From assembly GCF_963921235.1 (NCBI RefSeq), contig NC_086107.1, forward strand, positions 110,424,001-110,488,000: a DNA stretch of 64,000 nucleotides, in the 5' to 3' direction. The translations under genes were made by a program, and so were the position numbers. This DNA is from Mobula hypostoma. Its lineage: Eukaryota. How positions within the stretch are numbered: the stretch's first letter is position 1; each line of letters opens with the position of its first letter. Positions 1-10,599 of this stretch are shown here, piece by piece. The notes under the pieces are model-generated. The model was not told the DNA's origin. It saw nothing but the letters and a program-made list of their open reading frames with translations, and ran no database searches.

Positions 1-15
1 GCCACCCTCCAATCC

Positions 16-1638
16 TCAGGAACTAGTCCAGAATCTAACGAGTTTTGAAAAATTATCACTAATGCATCCACTATTTCTTGGGCCACGCACTCTGGGATGC
101 AGACCATCTGGCCCTGGGGATTTATCTGCCTTCAATCCCTTCAATTTACCTAACACCACTTCCCTACTAACATGTATTTCGCTCAGTTCCTCCATCTCAC
201 TGGACCCTCTGTCCCTTACTATTTCTGGAAGATTATTTATGTCCTCCTTAGTGAAGACAGAACCAAAGTAATTATTCAATTGGTCTGCCATGTCCTTGCT
301 CCCCATAATCAATTCACCTGTTTCTGTTTGCAGGGGACCTACATTTGTCTTTATCAGTCTTTTCCTTTTTACATATCTATAAAAGCTTTTACAGTCCGTT
401 TTTATGTTCTCTGCCAGTTTTCTCTCATAATCTTTTTTCCCCTTCCTAATTAAGCCCTTTGTCCTCCTCTGCTGAACTCTGAATTTCTCCCAGTCCTCAG
501 GTGAGCCACTTTCTCTGGCTAATTTGTATGCTACTTCTTTGGAATTGATACTATCCCTAATTTCTCTTGTCAGCCACGGGTGCACTACCTTCCTTGATTG
601 ATTCTTTTGCCAAACTGGGATGAACAATTGTTGTAGTTCATCCATGCAACCTTTAAATGCTTGCCATTGCATATCCACCGTCAATCCTTTAAGTGTCATT
701 TGCCAGTCTATCTTAGCTAATTCACGTCTCATACCTTCAAAGTTACCCCTCTTTAAGTTCAGAACCTTTGTTTCTGAATTAACTATGTCACTCTCCATAT
801 TAATGAAGAATTCCACCATATTATGGTCACTCTTACCCAAGGGACCTCTCACGACAAGATCGCTAATTAACCCTTCCTCATTGCTCAAAACCCAGTCCAG
901 AATAGCCTGCTCTCTAGTTGGTTCCTCGACATGTTGGTTCAAAAAACCATCCCGCATACATTCCAAGAAATCCTCTTCCTCAGCACCTTTACCAATTTGG
1001 TTCACCCAGTCTACATGTAGATTGAAGTCACCCATTATAACTGCTGTTCCTTTATTGCACACATTTCTAATTTCCTGTTTAATACCATCTCCGACCTCAC
1101 TACTACTGTTAGGTGGCCTGTACACAACTCCCACCAGTGTCTTCTGCCCCTTAGTGTTACGCAGCTCTACCCATATCGATTCCACATCTTCCTGGCTTAT
1201 GTCCTTCCTTTCTATTGCGTTAATCTCTTTTTTAACCAGCAACGCCACCCCACCTCCCCTTCCTTCATGTCTATCCCTCCTGAATATTGAATATCCCTGA
1301 ACGTTGAGCTCCCATCCCTGGTCACCCTGGAGCCATGTCTCTGTGATCCCAACTATATCATAATCATTAATAACAATCTGCACTTTCAATTCATCCACCT
1401 TATTACGAATGCTCCTTGCATTGACACACAAAGCCTTCAGGCGCTCTTTTACAACTCTCTTAGCCCTTTTTAATGCTTGCCCTGGATTTGTCGGCCTGCC
1501 ACTTTTACTTTTCCCCTTTGTACTTTTTGCTTCTACGCTCACTTTACACCCCTCTGTCTCTCTGCACTGGTTCCCATCCCTCTGTTGTGAACTAACCTCC
1601 TCACGCCTAGCCTCTTTAATTTGATTCCCACCCCCCAA
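16..1638 (-). pseudogene. CR1 ORF2 N-terminal half (APE endonuclease and linker), frameshifted before the RT domain
   Basis: Motifs NARS, GITETW, VYRPP, MGDFN, LDWVL, SDH and KSPGPDG. Relative to the copy at 29461 there is an 8-bp deletion (ttaaggaa) near position 86 that shifts the frame after LHPRV. Confidence 0.92.
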
Positions 1639-1643
1639 CCATT

Positions 1644-1733
1644 CTAGTTTAAAGTCACCTCAGTAGCCCTCGCTAATCTCCCTGCCAGGATATTGGTCCC
1701 CCTAGGATTCAAGTGTAACCCGTCCTTTTTGAA
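1644..1733 (-). pseudogene. CR1 ORF1 C-terminal fragment (SGNH esterase-like)
   Basis: Translates to FKKDGLHLNPRGTNILAGRLARATEVTLN*, which contains the SGNH block V DxxH motif. The stop at 1644-1646 lies just upstream of ORF2. Confidence 0.85.
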
Positions 1734-1749
1734 CTATCAGTTCAACACC

Positions 1750-1800
1750 ATCTTGCTGCTTGTGGGATCTTGCTGTACACTATTTGGAGGCAGCATTTTC
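1750..1800 (+). mobile_element. Short Deu-domain SINE remnant
   Basis: tgcttgtgggatcttgctgt resembles the Deu core as I recall it; the match is short. Confidence 0.35.
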
Positions 1801-2780
1801 TATGGGGCACAGATCAAGTGGGTAGCCAGTGCCTTTTTCCCAGGGTGCGATGACTAATAGTGGAGGGAGGAGAAGATGGCGGCGTGACACAGCATGCGCG
1901 GCCGTTCCGAATGAATATCGATATGTGTTAACTAGAGGGCCGTGCACAATCCTGATTTGACGGAGACAGCCCTGAGAAGTGCAGAGGAACATCTGGAGAA
2001 ACTTCTGAAATGCCCGCTTCGCTGCCGCTGCTACTGTGCGATCAAGAACCTCCGGAGGGGAAGGCCCCAAATCCTCGGCTTTGCGTATTGCCTGTTGCTG
2101 GGGCCGGGTCGAAACGCTCGGCAGAGATGGCGCTCGGTGCTCGGTGTCAGAGAGCTGGTCGGAGGCTCAAAGTTTTTGGACGGACTCAAGAGTCGGCTGT
2201 GGTCGGGTGCTTCCAGGATGCTGCATCGGCAAGTTTGCGGTGCTGGAGGTTCACCGTCTGTGTGAGATGATGGGGCTTTTGAGAGACTTTGAGACTTTTT
2301 TTTACCGTGCCCATGGTCTGTTCTTCTATCAAATTACAGTATTGCTTTGCACTGCTGTAACTATGTTATAATTATGTGGTTTTTCTCAGTTTTTTTTAGT
2401 CTTGGTTTGTCTTGTGTTTCTGTGATATCATTCTGGATGAACATTGTATCATTTCTTAATGCATGCATTACTAGATGACAATAAAAGAGGACTGTGTGTC
2501 CTCATAATCTAATCTAATCTAATACGAGAGGGCATAATTTTAAGGTGATTGGAGGGAAGTATGGGGTGGGGGGGAAGTCAGGGGTAAGCTCTTTACACAG
2601 AGTGGTGAGTGTTGGCAAGGTAGAGGCAGATACATTGGGGATTTTTAAGAGACCCTTAGATAGGCACATGGATGATAGACAAATGGAGGGCTATGTGAGA
2701 GGGAAGAGTGAAATTGATCTTGGAGCAGGTTAATGGGTGAGCACAATATTGTGGGCTGAAGGGCCTGTACTGTTCTATGT
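1800..2780 (+). mobile_element. Old CR1 3' fragment split by the 1862-2523 insertion
   Basis: The flanks rejoin as ctaata|cgagagggcataattttaaggtg, typical of the CR1 ORF2 C-terminus. It ends in gggcctgtactgttctatg. Confidence 0.75.
1862..2523 (+). mobile_element. Non-autonomous SINE-like element with YY1-motif head, 3' stem-loop and (AATCT)n tail, copy 1
   Basis: Homologous to 4982-5672, 8124-8728, 26785-26858 and 39841-40561. AAGATGGCGGC at 1873-1883; GAGGAC/GTCCTC stem at 2487-2503. Confidence 0.85.
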
Positions 2781-3080
2781 GTGCCTATCCCAGCATGCAA
2801 AGTCAGCTCTGGCAGACTGGGTGGATGAGATTGACAGTAAGATCCATGGTCAGGAAGGTGGCTCTGCTGAGAGCCAAGGGCACGACGAGGCACGGGAGAC
2901 GTCATGGTCATCCACTGCAACCATGGAAGACCCCAGCTTGTGACGACTCCTTGCACCACTGGACCCGGACTTCCGAGATCGAGAGAGTGGAACTGCCCCA
3001 GTGTAACAGCTTTTCCACTTTTAAAAACTCTCCAGCACTTGTTTCCTGTCACTGTCAGACACGGTGGACAACCACCACTA
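2781..3080 (+). mobile_element. 3' part of the non-autonomous family also seen at 6167-6726
   Basis: Shares ctatcccagcatg, ggtcatccactgc and ccactgga blocks with 6400-6650. Confidence 0.7.
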
Positions 3081-3264
3081 TTCTATGTTCTATGGGGGGG
3101 GGGGGTTAGATTGAATTTGGAGTAGGTTAAAGGGTCGGCACAACACTGTGGGCTGAAGGGCCTGCACTGTGTTCTATGTTCTATGCTCTGTAACAAGATA
3201 ACCACCCTTCTCCTGCCTTGACCATGAGGGGCTTTGGGTGATGGAAAAGATGCTTTGGAAACTT

Positions 3265-3464
3265 CAGAGTTCAAAGTTCAAAGTAAATTCATTATCAAAG
3301 TACATACACGTTACGGTAAATCACCCTGAGATTTGTTTTCTTGCGGGCATTCACAGTAAATATAAGAAACATAATAGAATCAACAAAAGACCACAGAACG
3401 GACAAACAACCAATGTGTGAAAGACAACAAACTGTGCAAATATAAAAACAACACAGAAATAATA

Positions 3465-3502
<38 letters not shown>

Positions 3503-3680
3503 CAATAAATATTGAGAACGTGAGATGAAAAGTCCTTGAAAGTGAGTCCGGCATTCTGGGAACAGTTCAGTGATGGGGTGAGTGAACTTGAGTGAAGTTA
3601 TCTTCTCTGGTTCAAGAGCCTGATGATTGAGGAGTAATAACTGTTCCTGAACTTGGTGGTGTGAGTCCTGAGGCTCCCTC
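3265..3680 (-). mobile_element. Rex1/Babar-type LINE 3' end containing an (AAT)n tract
   Basis: Minus strand encodes SLRTHTTKFRNSYYSSIIRLLN; (TTTGAAC)-type tail; (AAT)n at about 3459-3500. Confidence 0.75.
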
Positions 3681-3747
3681 AAGCCAGCTCCTGGATCATT
3701 GCCTGGTTGCAAACTGTTCGATGAAATTGCCAGGAATGTAATGCCTT

Positions 3748-3898
3748 TGTGTGTACGTGTGCGCACGTGCGTGCGTGTGTGTGCGCATTTGTGTATGTGC
3801 ATGAGTGTGTGTGTACGAGAGTGTGTGTTTGTGTATGTGGATGAGTGTGTATGTGTGCACGAGAGTGTGTATGTGTGTGTTTGTGTGTGTGTGTGTGC
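3748..3898. repeat. Degenerate (TG)n microsatellite
   Basis: Direct reading. Confidence 0.95.
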
Positions 3899-4149
3899 AT
3901 CTCAGTGACACAGACATCAGAGAGATGACCCACTTTTGTCAAGCATTGCTATGGATACAGGGAAATTATTGTCATCAGATGTTTCCTCTGCTGTAGGGCA
4001 GCATTATAAGCCAGGCTGAAATTAACAGTGCAGGAGGTGCTAATATTAGGTCTTTCGTGGTCGTCAAGTGTCACAAATGGCCATACTGTCGTAGGTCTAT
4101 CGGTGAGGTGCAGTCTCTGCTACAGTGCAAGAAAGACAGCTGGGAATTA

Positions 4150-4240
4150 GCGGCGGCACATCAGCATAGTGGTTAGCGTAGCACGATTACCGAGCCTGCG
4201 ACCCGGGTTCAATTCCTGCCACTGCCTGTAAGGAGTTTGG
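4150..4240 (+). mobile_element. tRNA-derived SINE head (representative of many copies, e.g. near 7720-7910, 9310-9510, 22430-22610, 38490-38720, 49410-49670)
   Basis: A-box-like tagtggttag and B-box ggttcaattcc, followed by the gcctgtaaggagtttg SINE body. No complete cloverleaf. Confidence 0.75.
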
Positions 4241-4406
4241 ACAAGATTGAAGATTCCAGATCATTTATTGTCACTCTTCAGTGTAAAGAACAACATGATT
4301 GTTACTCTGGATCTGATGCAACATAAAAAAACACAATCAACATAAACAACACAATGAAGAAATAAAAAAAATTACCACCATAAATATAAATGTAAAAGCA
4401 ATCTTA

Positions 4407-4662
4407 TACTCCATGGTTACTTTATTAGGTACACCTGTACACCTGCTCTTTAATGCAAATATCTAGTCGGTCAATCAATGCATAAAAGCACGCAGACATG
4501 GTCAAGAGGTTCGGTTGTTGTTCAGACCAAACATCAGAATGGGGCAGAAATGTGATCTAAGTGACTTTGACTGTGGAATGATAGTTGGTGCCAGATGGGG
4601 TGGTTTGAGTATCTCAGAAACTGATGGACTCCTGGGATTTTCACCCACAACAGTCTCTAGAG
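4407..4662 (+). mobile_element. Tc1-derived non-autonomous element, partial
   Basis: Encodes an HTH-like peptide CDLSDFDCGMIVGARWGGLSISET; homologous to 54422-54970. Confidence 0.75.
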
Positions 4663-4739
4663 CAGGGGTTCCCAACCTTTTTTATACCATGGACAAACAC
4701 CATTATGCCATGGACTAAACCCCAGGCTGGGAACCCCTG
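4663..4739. mobile_element. Short hAT-like MITE
   Basis: Terminal inverted repeats caggggttcccaacc / ggctgggaacccctg. No clean TSD. Confidence 0.6.
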
Positions 4740-4981
4740 CTGTTTAGAGACTGGTGGCTGGGGGTTGGAGGGGTGGGTTAGTGGACAAGGGTGTTGATCG
4801 GTCTTACTGCTTGGGGAAAGTAACTGTTTTAGAGTCTGGCAGTCCTGGTGTCAGTGCTCCTTTCTGATGGAAATGGGGAAATCAATTTTTCAGCAGGGTG
4901 TGAGGGATCCTTCATGATATTCATGATCCATGCTTTCTCCCCGTGACTGTATGGATTTCTTCCAAGTGCTCCTGTTTTTTT

Positions 4982-5672
4982 TTGGATTCTGAGAACACTC
5001 AGTCCTCTTTTATTGTCATTTAGAAATGCATACATGCATTAAGAAATGATACAATGTTTCTCCGGAGTGATATCACAGAAAGCAGGACAAATCAAAGACT
5101 AACACTGTCAGAACCACATAATTATAACATATAGTTACAGCAGTGCAAAACAATACCATAATTTGATGAAGAACAAACCATGGGCACGGTAAAAAAAATC
5201 TCAAAGTCTCCGAGTCGACCGACTCCCGAGTCCCCGATAGCAGGCGGCAAAAGGGAGAAACTCCCTGCCATAAACCTCCAGGCACCGTCAACTTGCTGAT
5301 ACGTTGGAAGCAGCCGACTACAGCTGACACTGAGTCCATCCATCCAAAAACTCCGAGCTTCCGACCAGCCTCTCCGATACAGCCTCCCGAGCGCCATCCT
5401 CTACCAAGCGCCTTTGACCTCTCCCCGGCCGCTGAAACACGCAAAGCCAAGGATTTCGGGCCTTCTGCTCCGGAGATTCCGGTTACCACACAGTAGCAGC
5501 GGCAGCGAAGTGGACATTTCAGAAGTTTTCCAGACGTTCCTCCATACTCTCACGTCCATCTCCATCAAATCAGAATCGTGCACTGTCCCCTACTCGACAG
5601 ATTACAGATATCATTCACCAGAGAGGCTGTGCGCGCTGCCGTCGCGCCGCCATCTTCTCCTCCTACCTCCCA
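4982..5672 (-). mobile_element. YY1-head SINE-like element, copy 2
   Basis: gccgccatctt at 5646-5656; 3' stem gaggac/gttctc retained through a G-U pair. Confidence 0.85.
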
Positions 5673-5909
5673 AAGGTGCAGGTTGGCAGGTCACATGGGT
5701 GTAACTGGGTGGCGCGGCCTCGTTGGGAGGGAAGGCTCTGTTTCCATGCAATAACAAAAATGTGCGCACAGCACGTTCCCACAGTGATCAACGTGGTGAC
5801 GATGAGCAAGATGACTGAGGTTAAGTTTCAGCCAACAAGGAGGAGTATATCCTTCCTAAATACTGTTCACTGTACTGACAGGGTAGGTGGTTTGCTAGCT
5901 GAGGTATCT

Positions 5910-6856
5910 TCAAGGACATCTTCAAAGAGAGGTGTCTTCCGTCATCACGGACCCCCACCACCCAGGACATGCCCTCTTGTGATTGTTACCATCGTGAGGT
6001 ACAGAAATCTGAAGACACACACTCAGCGATTCAGGAACAGCTTCTTCCCCTCTGCCATCCGATTTCTGAATGGGCATTGAACCCATGAACACTACCTCAC
6101 TACTTTTTTTTTGTTTCTGTTTTTGCATCACTTTTCTTAATTTAAGTACTTAATATGCACATATATGGGGTGTATGGGGTGTCAGGGAGGGGTAGCACCT
6201 CTGGTGGGGGACATGTTGTGTCCTTTTCAGGGCGGTTAGTCCACCTTTGGTCCCCACCTGGGTCTCAGCTCTCACCTGTGGCTCCCCGTAGCTGTTTGCA
6301 TGCGACAGCGGCCACGCCCCGGGCAACGGCTTCGACAAGCCGGCTAAACCAGGTGAGGGTAGCCGACGGGCCTCAAAACCTCGGTGAGATAGGGAGTTGT
6401 CTATCCCAGCATGTGAAGACAGACTCTGGCGGATTGAGCGGACGAGACCAATGGAAGGTCCAACGGTCAAGCAGGCGGTCTCTGCAAGTGTCGTGGAACG
6501 TGTAGAGCAGGACAAGACACAGAAGACGTCCTGGTCATCCACTGCGCCTAGTCCCATCTCCAGCTGTCTCGACTCTGTCTTGCCACTGGATCCAGATGGG
6601 AATTGGGAAGAGAGAGTGAGGCTGACGCTGCGCAACTCTCCCTCACTTAAATCCAAATCACGCGCTAGTCTCGACACCATCATAATGGTGTCGAGGTCCT
6701 CATCGATGTCGATGATGGACGAACACATGCACATATATACTTACTGTAATTCAGTTCTTTTCCCTTTATTTATTGTGTATTTACTGTACTGCTGCCGCAA
6801 AGTTCACACATTTCACGACGTCTGCCGGTGATATTAAACCTGATTCTGATTCTGAT
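5910..6856 (+). mobile_element. Rex1/Babar-type LINE 3' end hosting the 6167-6726 insertion
   Basis: RYRNLKTHTQRFRNSFFPSAIRFLN; (TCTGAT)n tail near 6840-6856. Confidence 0.8.
6167..6726 (+). mobile_element. Full-length non-autonomous non-LTR element (RTE-like by inference) with candidate 5' HDV-like ribozyme
   Basis: 12-bp TSD atgcacatatat at 6155-6166 and 6727-6738; homologs at 2781-3080 and 50990-51446. Confidence 0.85.
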
Positions 6857-7311
6857 CTTGTGGTCTTCGAAGGGCACCACCTCTGCATCACCTCACTGGG
6901 ACTGTTCACTGAGATTCTGCATTCAAGTGTTTGAGGACACTACAGAAGGGAGGACACTGACTCGGATTAAAGATCAGCTTTATTTGTCACAAGGGCCGTT
7001 GAAACGTTGAAGCCCATGGCACGTGAAATGTGAGATGCACTGGTGGCACCAACAACCAACGCAGTCTGAGGCTGCGCTGGCGGCAGCCCGCCAGTGTCGC
7101 CATGCTCCCAGCACCAGCGTAGCGTGTCTGCAACTTACCAACCCTAGTCACGTGTCTTTGAGACTGCAGCACCCGTAGAAAGCCCATGCGATCACGGGGG
7201 TGGGCGGGGCGGGGAGCGTGCAAACCCCTTACAACAGCGGTGGGGATCGAATCTCGACTGGTGACCGCTGGTGCTCTAAAGTGTTGTGCCAGCCGCTACA
7301 ATACATGGCTT

Positions 7312-7612
7312 ATACTTATACTTTATACTTTATTGTCGCCAAACAATTGGTACTAGAACGTACAATCATCACAGCGATACTTGATTCTGCGCTTCCCGCT
7401 CCCTGGATTACAAATCGATAGTAAATATAAAAAATTTAAATTATAAATCATAAATAGAAAATAGAAAAATGGAAAGTAAGGTAGTGCAAAAAAAAACCGA
7501 GAGGCAGGTCCGGATATTTGGAGGGTACGGCCCAGATCCGGGTCAGGATCCGTTCAGCAGTCTTATCACAGTTGGAAAGAAGCTGTTCCCAAATCTGGCC
7601 GTATGAGTCTTG
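7312..7612 (-). mobile_element. Young Rex1-type LINE 3' end
   Basis: Near-identical to 25640-25960; (TATAAAG)-type tail. Confidence 0.8.
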
Positions 7613-8123
7613 GCTTCTATCACAGTTTATGACTGTAGAGTCATAGAGCACTAAAGCACAGAAACAGACCCTTCGGCCCATCTAGTCTGTGCTGAACTCT
7701 TATTCTACCCAGTCGCATCACCCCATTTAACCTTAGTCTAACCACAGGGCAATTTACAATGACAAATTAACTTGTTAACCAGTACGTCTTTGGACTGCGG
7801 GAGGAAACCGGAGCACCCGGAAGAAACCCACGCACTCCTGGGAAGCGTGCTCAAACTTCTTATGGAGGACACCAGAATTGAACCCCAAACTCTGGCGCCC
7901 CAAGCTGCCTACCCGAACTTCTCTTAAATATTGCAATTGAACCCACACCCACTGGCATCTACCCAGTCCTGCCCTGGTCTTTGCATTTACCCAGCCTTAG
8001 CTCTACTCTCAGCCTAACAATGACCACATAGTTGCCCGGATTCTAATCTTAGCACCTCAGTCCGCTGGATCAATTTATCCCTTGCAGGGACACATACCTC
8101 CCTAACCCTGGTTCCAGCAAAAG

Positions 8124-8728
8124 TTTAGATTAGATTATGAAGACACGCAGTCCTATTTTATTGTCATTTAGTAATGCATGCATTGAGAAATGATACAATA
8201 TTTCTTTTGGTGTGATATCACAAAACACAGGGCAGACCAAGACTGAAAAAACTGACAAAACCACATAATTATAACATATAGTTACAACAGTGCAACAATA
8301 CCATAACTTGATGAGGAACAGTCCATGGCACAGTAAAAAGTTCCAAGTCTCTCAAATGTCCCACATCTCACGCAGACAGGAGAAGGAATAAAACTCTCCC
8401 TGCCATACCCGACCACGGTCCGACTCTGAGTCGTCCGAAAACTTCGAGCCTCCGAATCAGCTCTCCGACACCAAGTACCGAGCACCATCTCTGTCCGAAC
8501 GATCCGACCTCAATCTCGGTCGCCAACAGCAAGCAAAGCCGGGGATTTTGAAGCCTACCCTCCGGAAGATTCCCAACCAGGCAGTAACGACAGCAGTGAA
8601 CTGGCGTTTCAGAAATTTCTCCAGATGTTCCTCTGTGCTTTCACATCCCTCTCCATCAAATCAGAATTGTCCACGGCCCCTATTTAACAGATACGATATC
8701 ATTTTTCACCAGAGGACTGCGCATGCAG
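8124..8728 (-). mobile_element. YY1-head SINE-like family, copy 3, lacking the 5' motif
   Basis: (AGATT)n tail at about 8125-8138 and homology to the other copies. Confidence 0.8.
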
Positions 8729-8852
8729 TTTATTCTCATCCTTAACCCCAGCTCTGTTTCCAGCGTTAATATTAGTCCTAGTTCTAACACCTGTAGGGCT
8801 GAAGAGCCTTTTTCAGTGCTGTATGACTGAACACACCCCCACCTCCCCACTA

Positions 8853-9210
8853 TTTAGTTCAAAGCCCTATCCACAGTCTTTGTTATGGAATCCACCAGGA
8901 CCCTAAGCCCAGCATGGTTCAGGTTGAGTCTGTCCCATTGAAGCAGCTCCCTCCTTCACCAATACCGGTGCCAATGCCCCATGAATTCAAGGCCACTTCT
9001 CCCACGTCAGTCTTTGATCAATGCGTTTAACTCTCGGATCTTATAAACCTTGTGCTGGTTGGCATGAGGCTCAGCTAACAATTCAGAAATTATTCCTTTT
9101 TCGGTATCTGCTTTTTAATGAAGTCCCTAGCTGGTCAATCTCCCTTTGCAGAACCCTTTCCTCGTTCTTCCTACATCATAGACCATGATAACTGGATCTT
9201 TCCCCTTCAT
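8853..9210 (-). pseudogene. Decayed CR1 ORF1 esterase fragment
   Basis: Minus strand reads RRELLQWDRLNLNHAGLRVLVDSITKTVDRALN*, homologous in position and pattern to the ORF1 end at 1644-1733. Confidence 0.65.
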
Positions 9211-9535
9211 TGCCACCCCCCCCACCAATTCCAAATTTTATTCTGTTTAGAGATACGCTGCAGAATAAGCCCTTCAAGCCACGCCGCCCCAGCTACCCCT
9301 AAATTTTAACCCTATCCTAATCATAGGACGATTTACAATGGGGTAATTAACCTACTAACTTTGGACTGTGGGAGGAAACTGGAGCACCCAGGGAGAAACC
9401 CACACGCTCCACAGGGAGGACATACAGACCCCTTGCGGATGACGTTGGAACCGAACTGCGAACTCTGACGCCCCGAGCTGTAACAGCGTCGCGCTAACCA
9501 TGGTGGCCACTGTTCTGTCACTCTGTGAAGATTAC

Positions 9536-9878
9536 CTAGAGCCTCGGACTGGACCCGCTCCCTTCCAGGTCAGCCGGGGACGACGACTGACCAACGGAGC
9601 CTGTGTGAACCCCATTCCCCCTCAGTTCAGCTCTCAGGGTGCACCGAGCCAACGGGACAGATGGAGCCAGGGAATCTAGGCGGAGCTGTTCACCAGTAAC
9701 TCCAGGGAGGAAGCCACATGCAATACTGACCAACTCTGGCAGCGAGCAGCGAAGATAAGAGACTCGCTGAACTAAAACAGAAGGATTAAGTTGTAACAGT
9801 TGGCATCACATTTATTTCCTCACTTAGAAGCTTACCGAGCAGTGGCACTGAAACCCTTCCATGTCTTGTAGTATCCAT
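9536..9878 (-). CDS. Candidate spliced small ORF of 92 aa (join 9878-9836 and 9771-9536), unknown product
   Basis: caccATGg context, GTAAGC donor, ttctgttttAG acceptor, phase-compatible join. The intron is only 64 nt and I recognise no homolog. Confidence 0.2.
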
Positions 9879-10136
9879 GGTGATGCTCACAGATCACAGC
9901 TTATTGTATTTCACCGAGGAAGTGAGATTCATGTTGGTAGGAGTTCCGTCTGTAGAATGTGATATCTATAATCTGTTGTATACATTTCACCAGAAGAGTG
10001 TGTGTGTGTGTGTGTGTGTGTGCATGTATATAAAGGTTGTACGTATGAGCATTTGTGTGGTCGTCTGTGTTTCAACTTGTACATGTGTATCTGCCAGAAT
10101 GAGTTTGTGATTATGAATGAACATATGTTGATAAGA

Positions 10137-10167
<31 letters not shown>

Positions 10168-10436
10168 AGTGTGTGTACGAGAATGTGTGGGTGTGTGCAT
10201 TTGCATAAGTGAATGATGGAGTCAGTTCAAGGCTCAGGATTCAATTCCATGGATCACATCTACTGCACATCGAAGTGTACAGTGAAATGTGCTGTTTGCG
10301 TTAACAACCAACACACCCGAGGGAGTGCTGGGGGCAGCCCGCAAGTCTCGCCACACATTCCGGCACCAACATAGCATGGCCACAGTTCTCAGCACAACAA
10401 CACAGAACACAACAAGCAACAAAACGAGCCCCTGTT

Positions 10437-10547
10437 ACACACACACACACACACACACATACACACACACACGAACGAACACATACACACACACATACAT
10501 ACATACATGAACACACACACACACACGTGAACACACACACACTCACG

Positions 10548-10594
<47 letters not shown>
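10437..10594. repeat. (CA)n microsatellite
   Basis: Direct reading. Confidence 0.95.

Positions 10595-10599
<5 letters not shown>

Larger units (their letters stand above)
1..1734 (-). mobile_element. Young CR1-clade LINE, 5'-truncated inside ORF1, running off the left edge of the window
   Basis: ORF1 C-terminus followed by ORF2 with APE endonuclease motifs. Positions 1-540 are a near-identical reverse complement of 29008-29555. Confidence 0.95.

Noticed and set aside
620..1300. 226-aa plus-strand ORF and similar ORFs at 13976-14542, 29823-30227 and 53996-54739
   Set aside because: Antisense shadows of LINE coding sequence, or read-through across unrelated repeats.
3679..3996. HT-rich and CV-rich ORFs (also at 10289-10804)
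   Set aside because: Translations of TG/CA microsatellites.
6150..6831. Overlapping 116-194-aa ORFs across the TSD-bounded element
   Set aside because: No protein motifs and no matching ORF is evident in the other copies; GC-rich sequence explains the open frames.
7960..8790. Scattered taaccc-like words suggesting an interstitial telomere
   Set aside because: Too degenerate, with no consecutive TTAGGG units.
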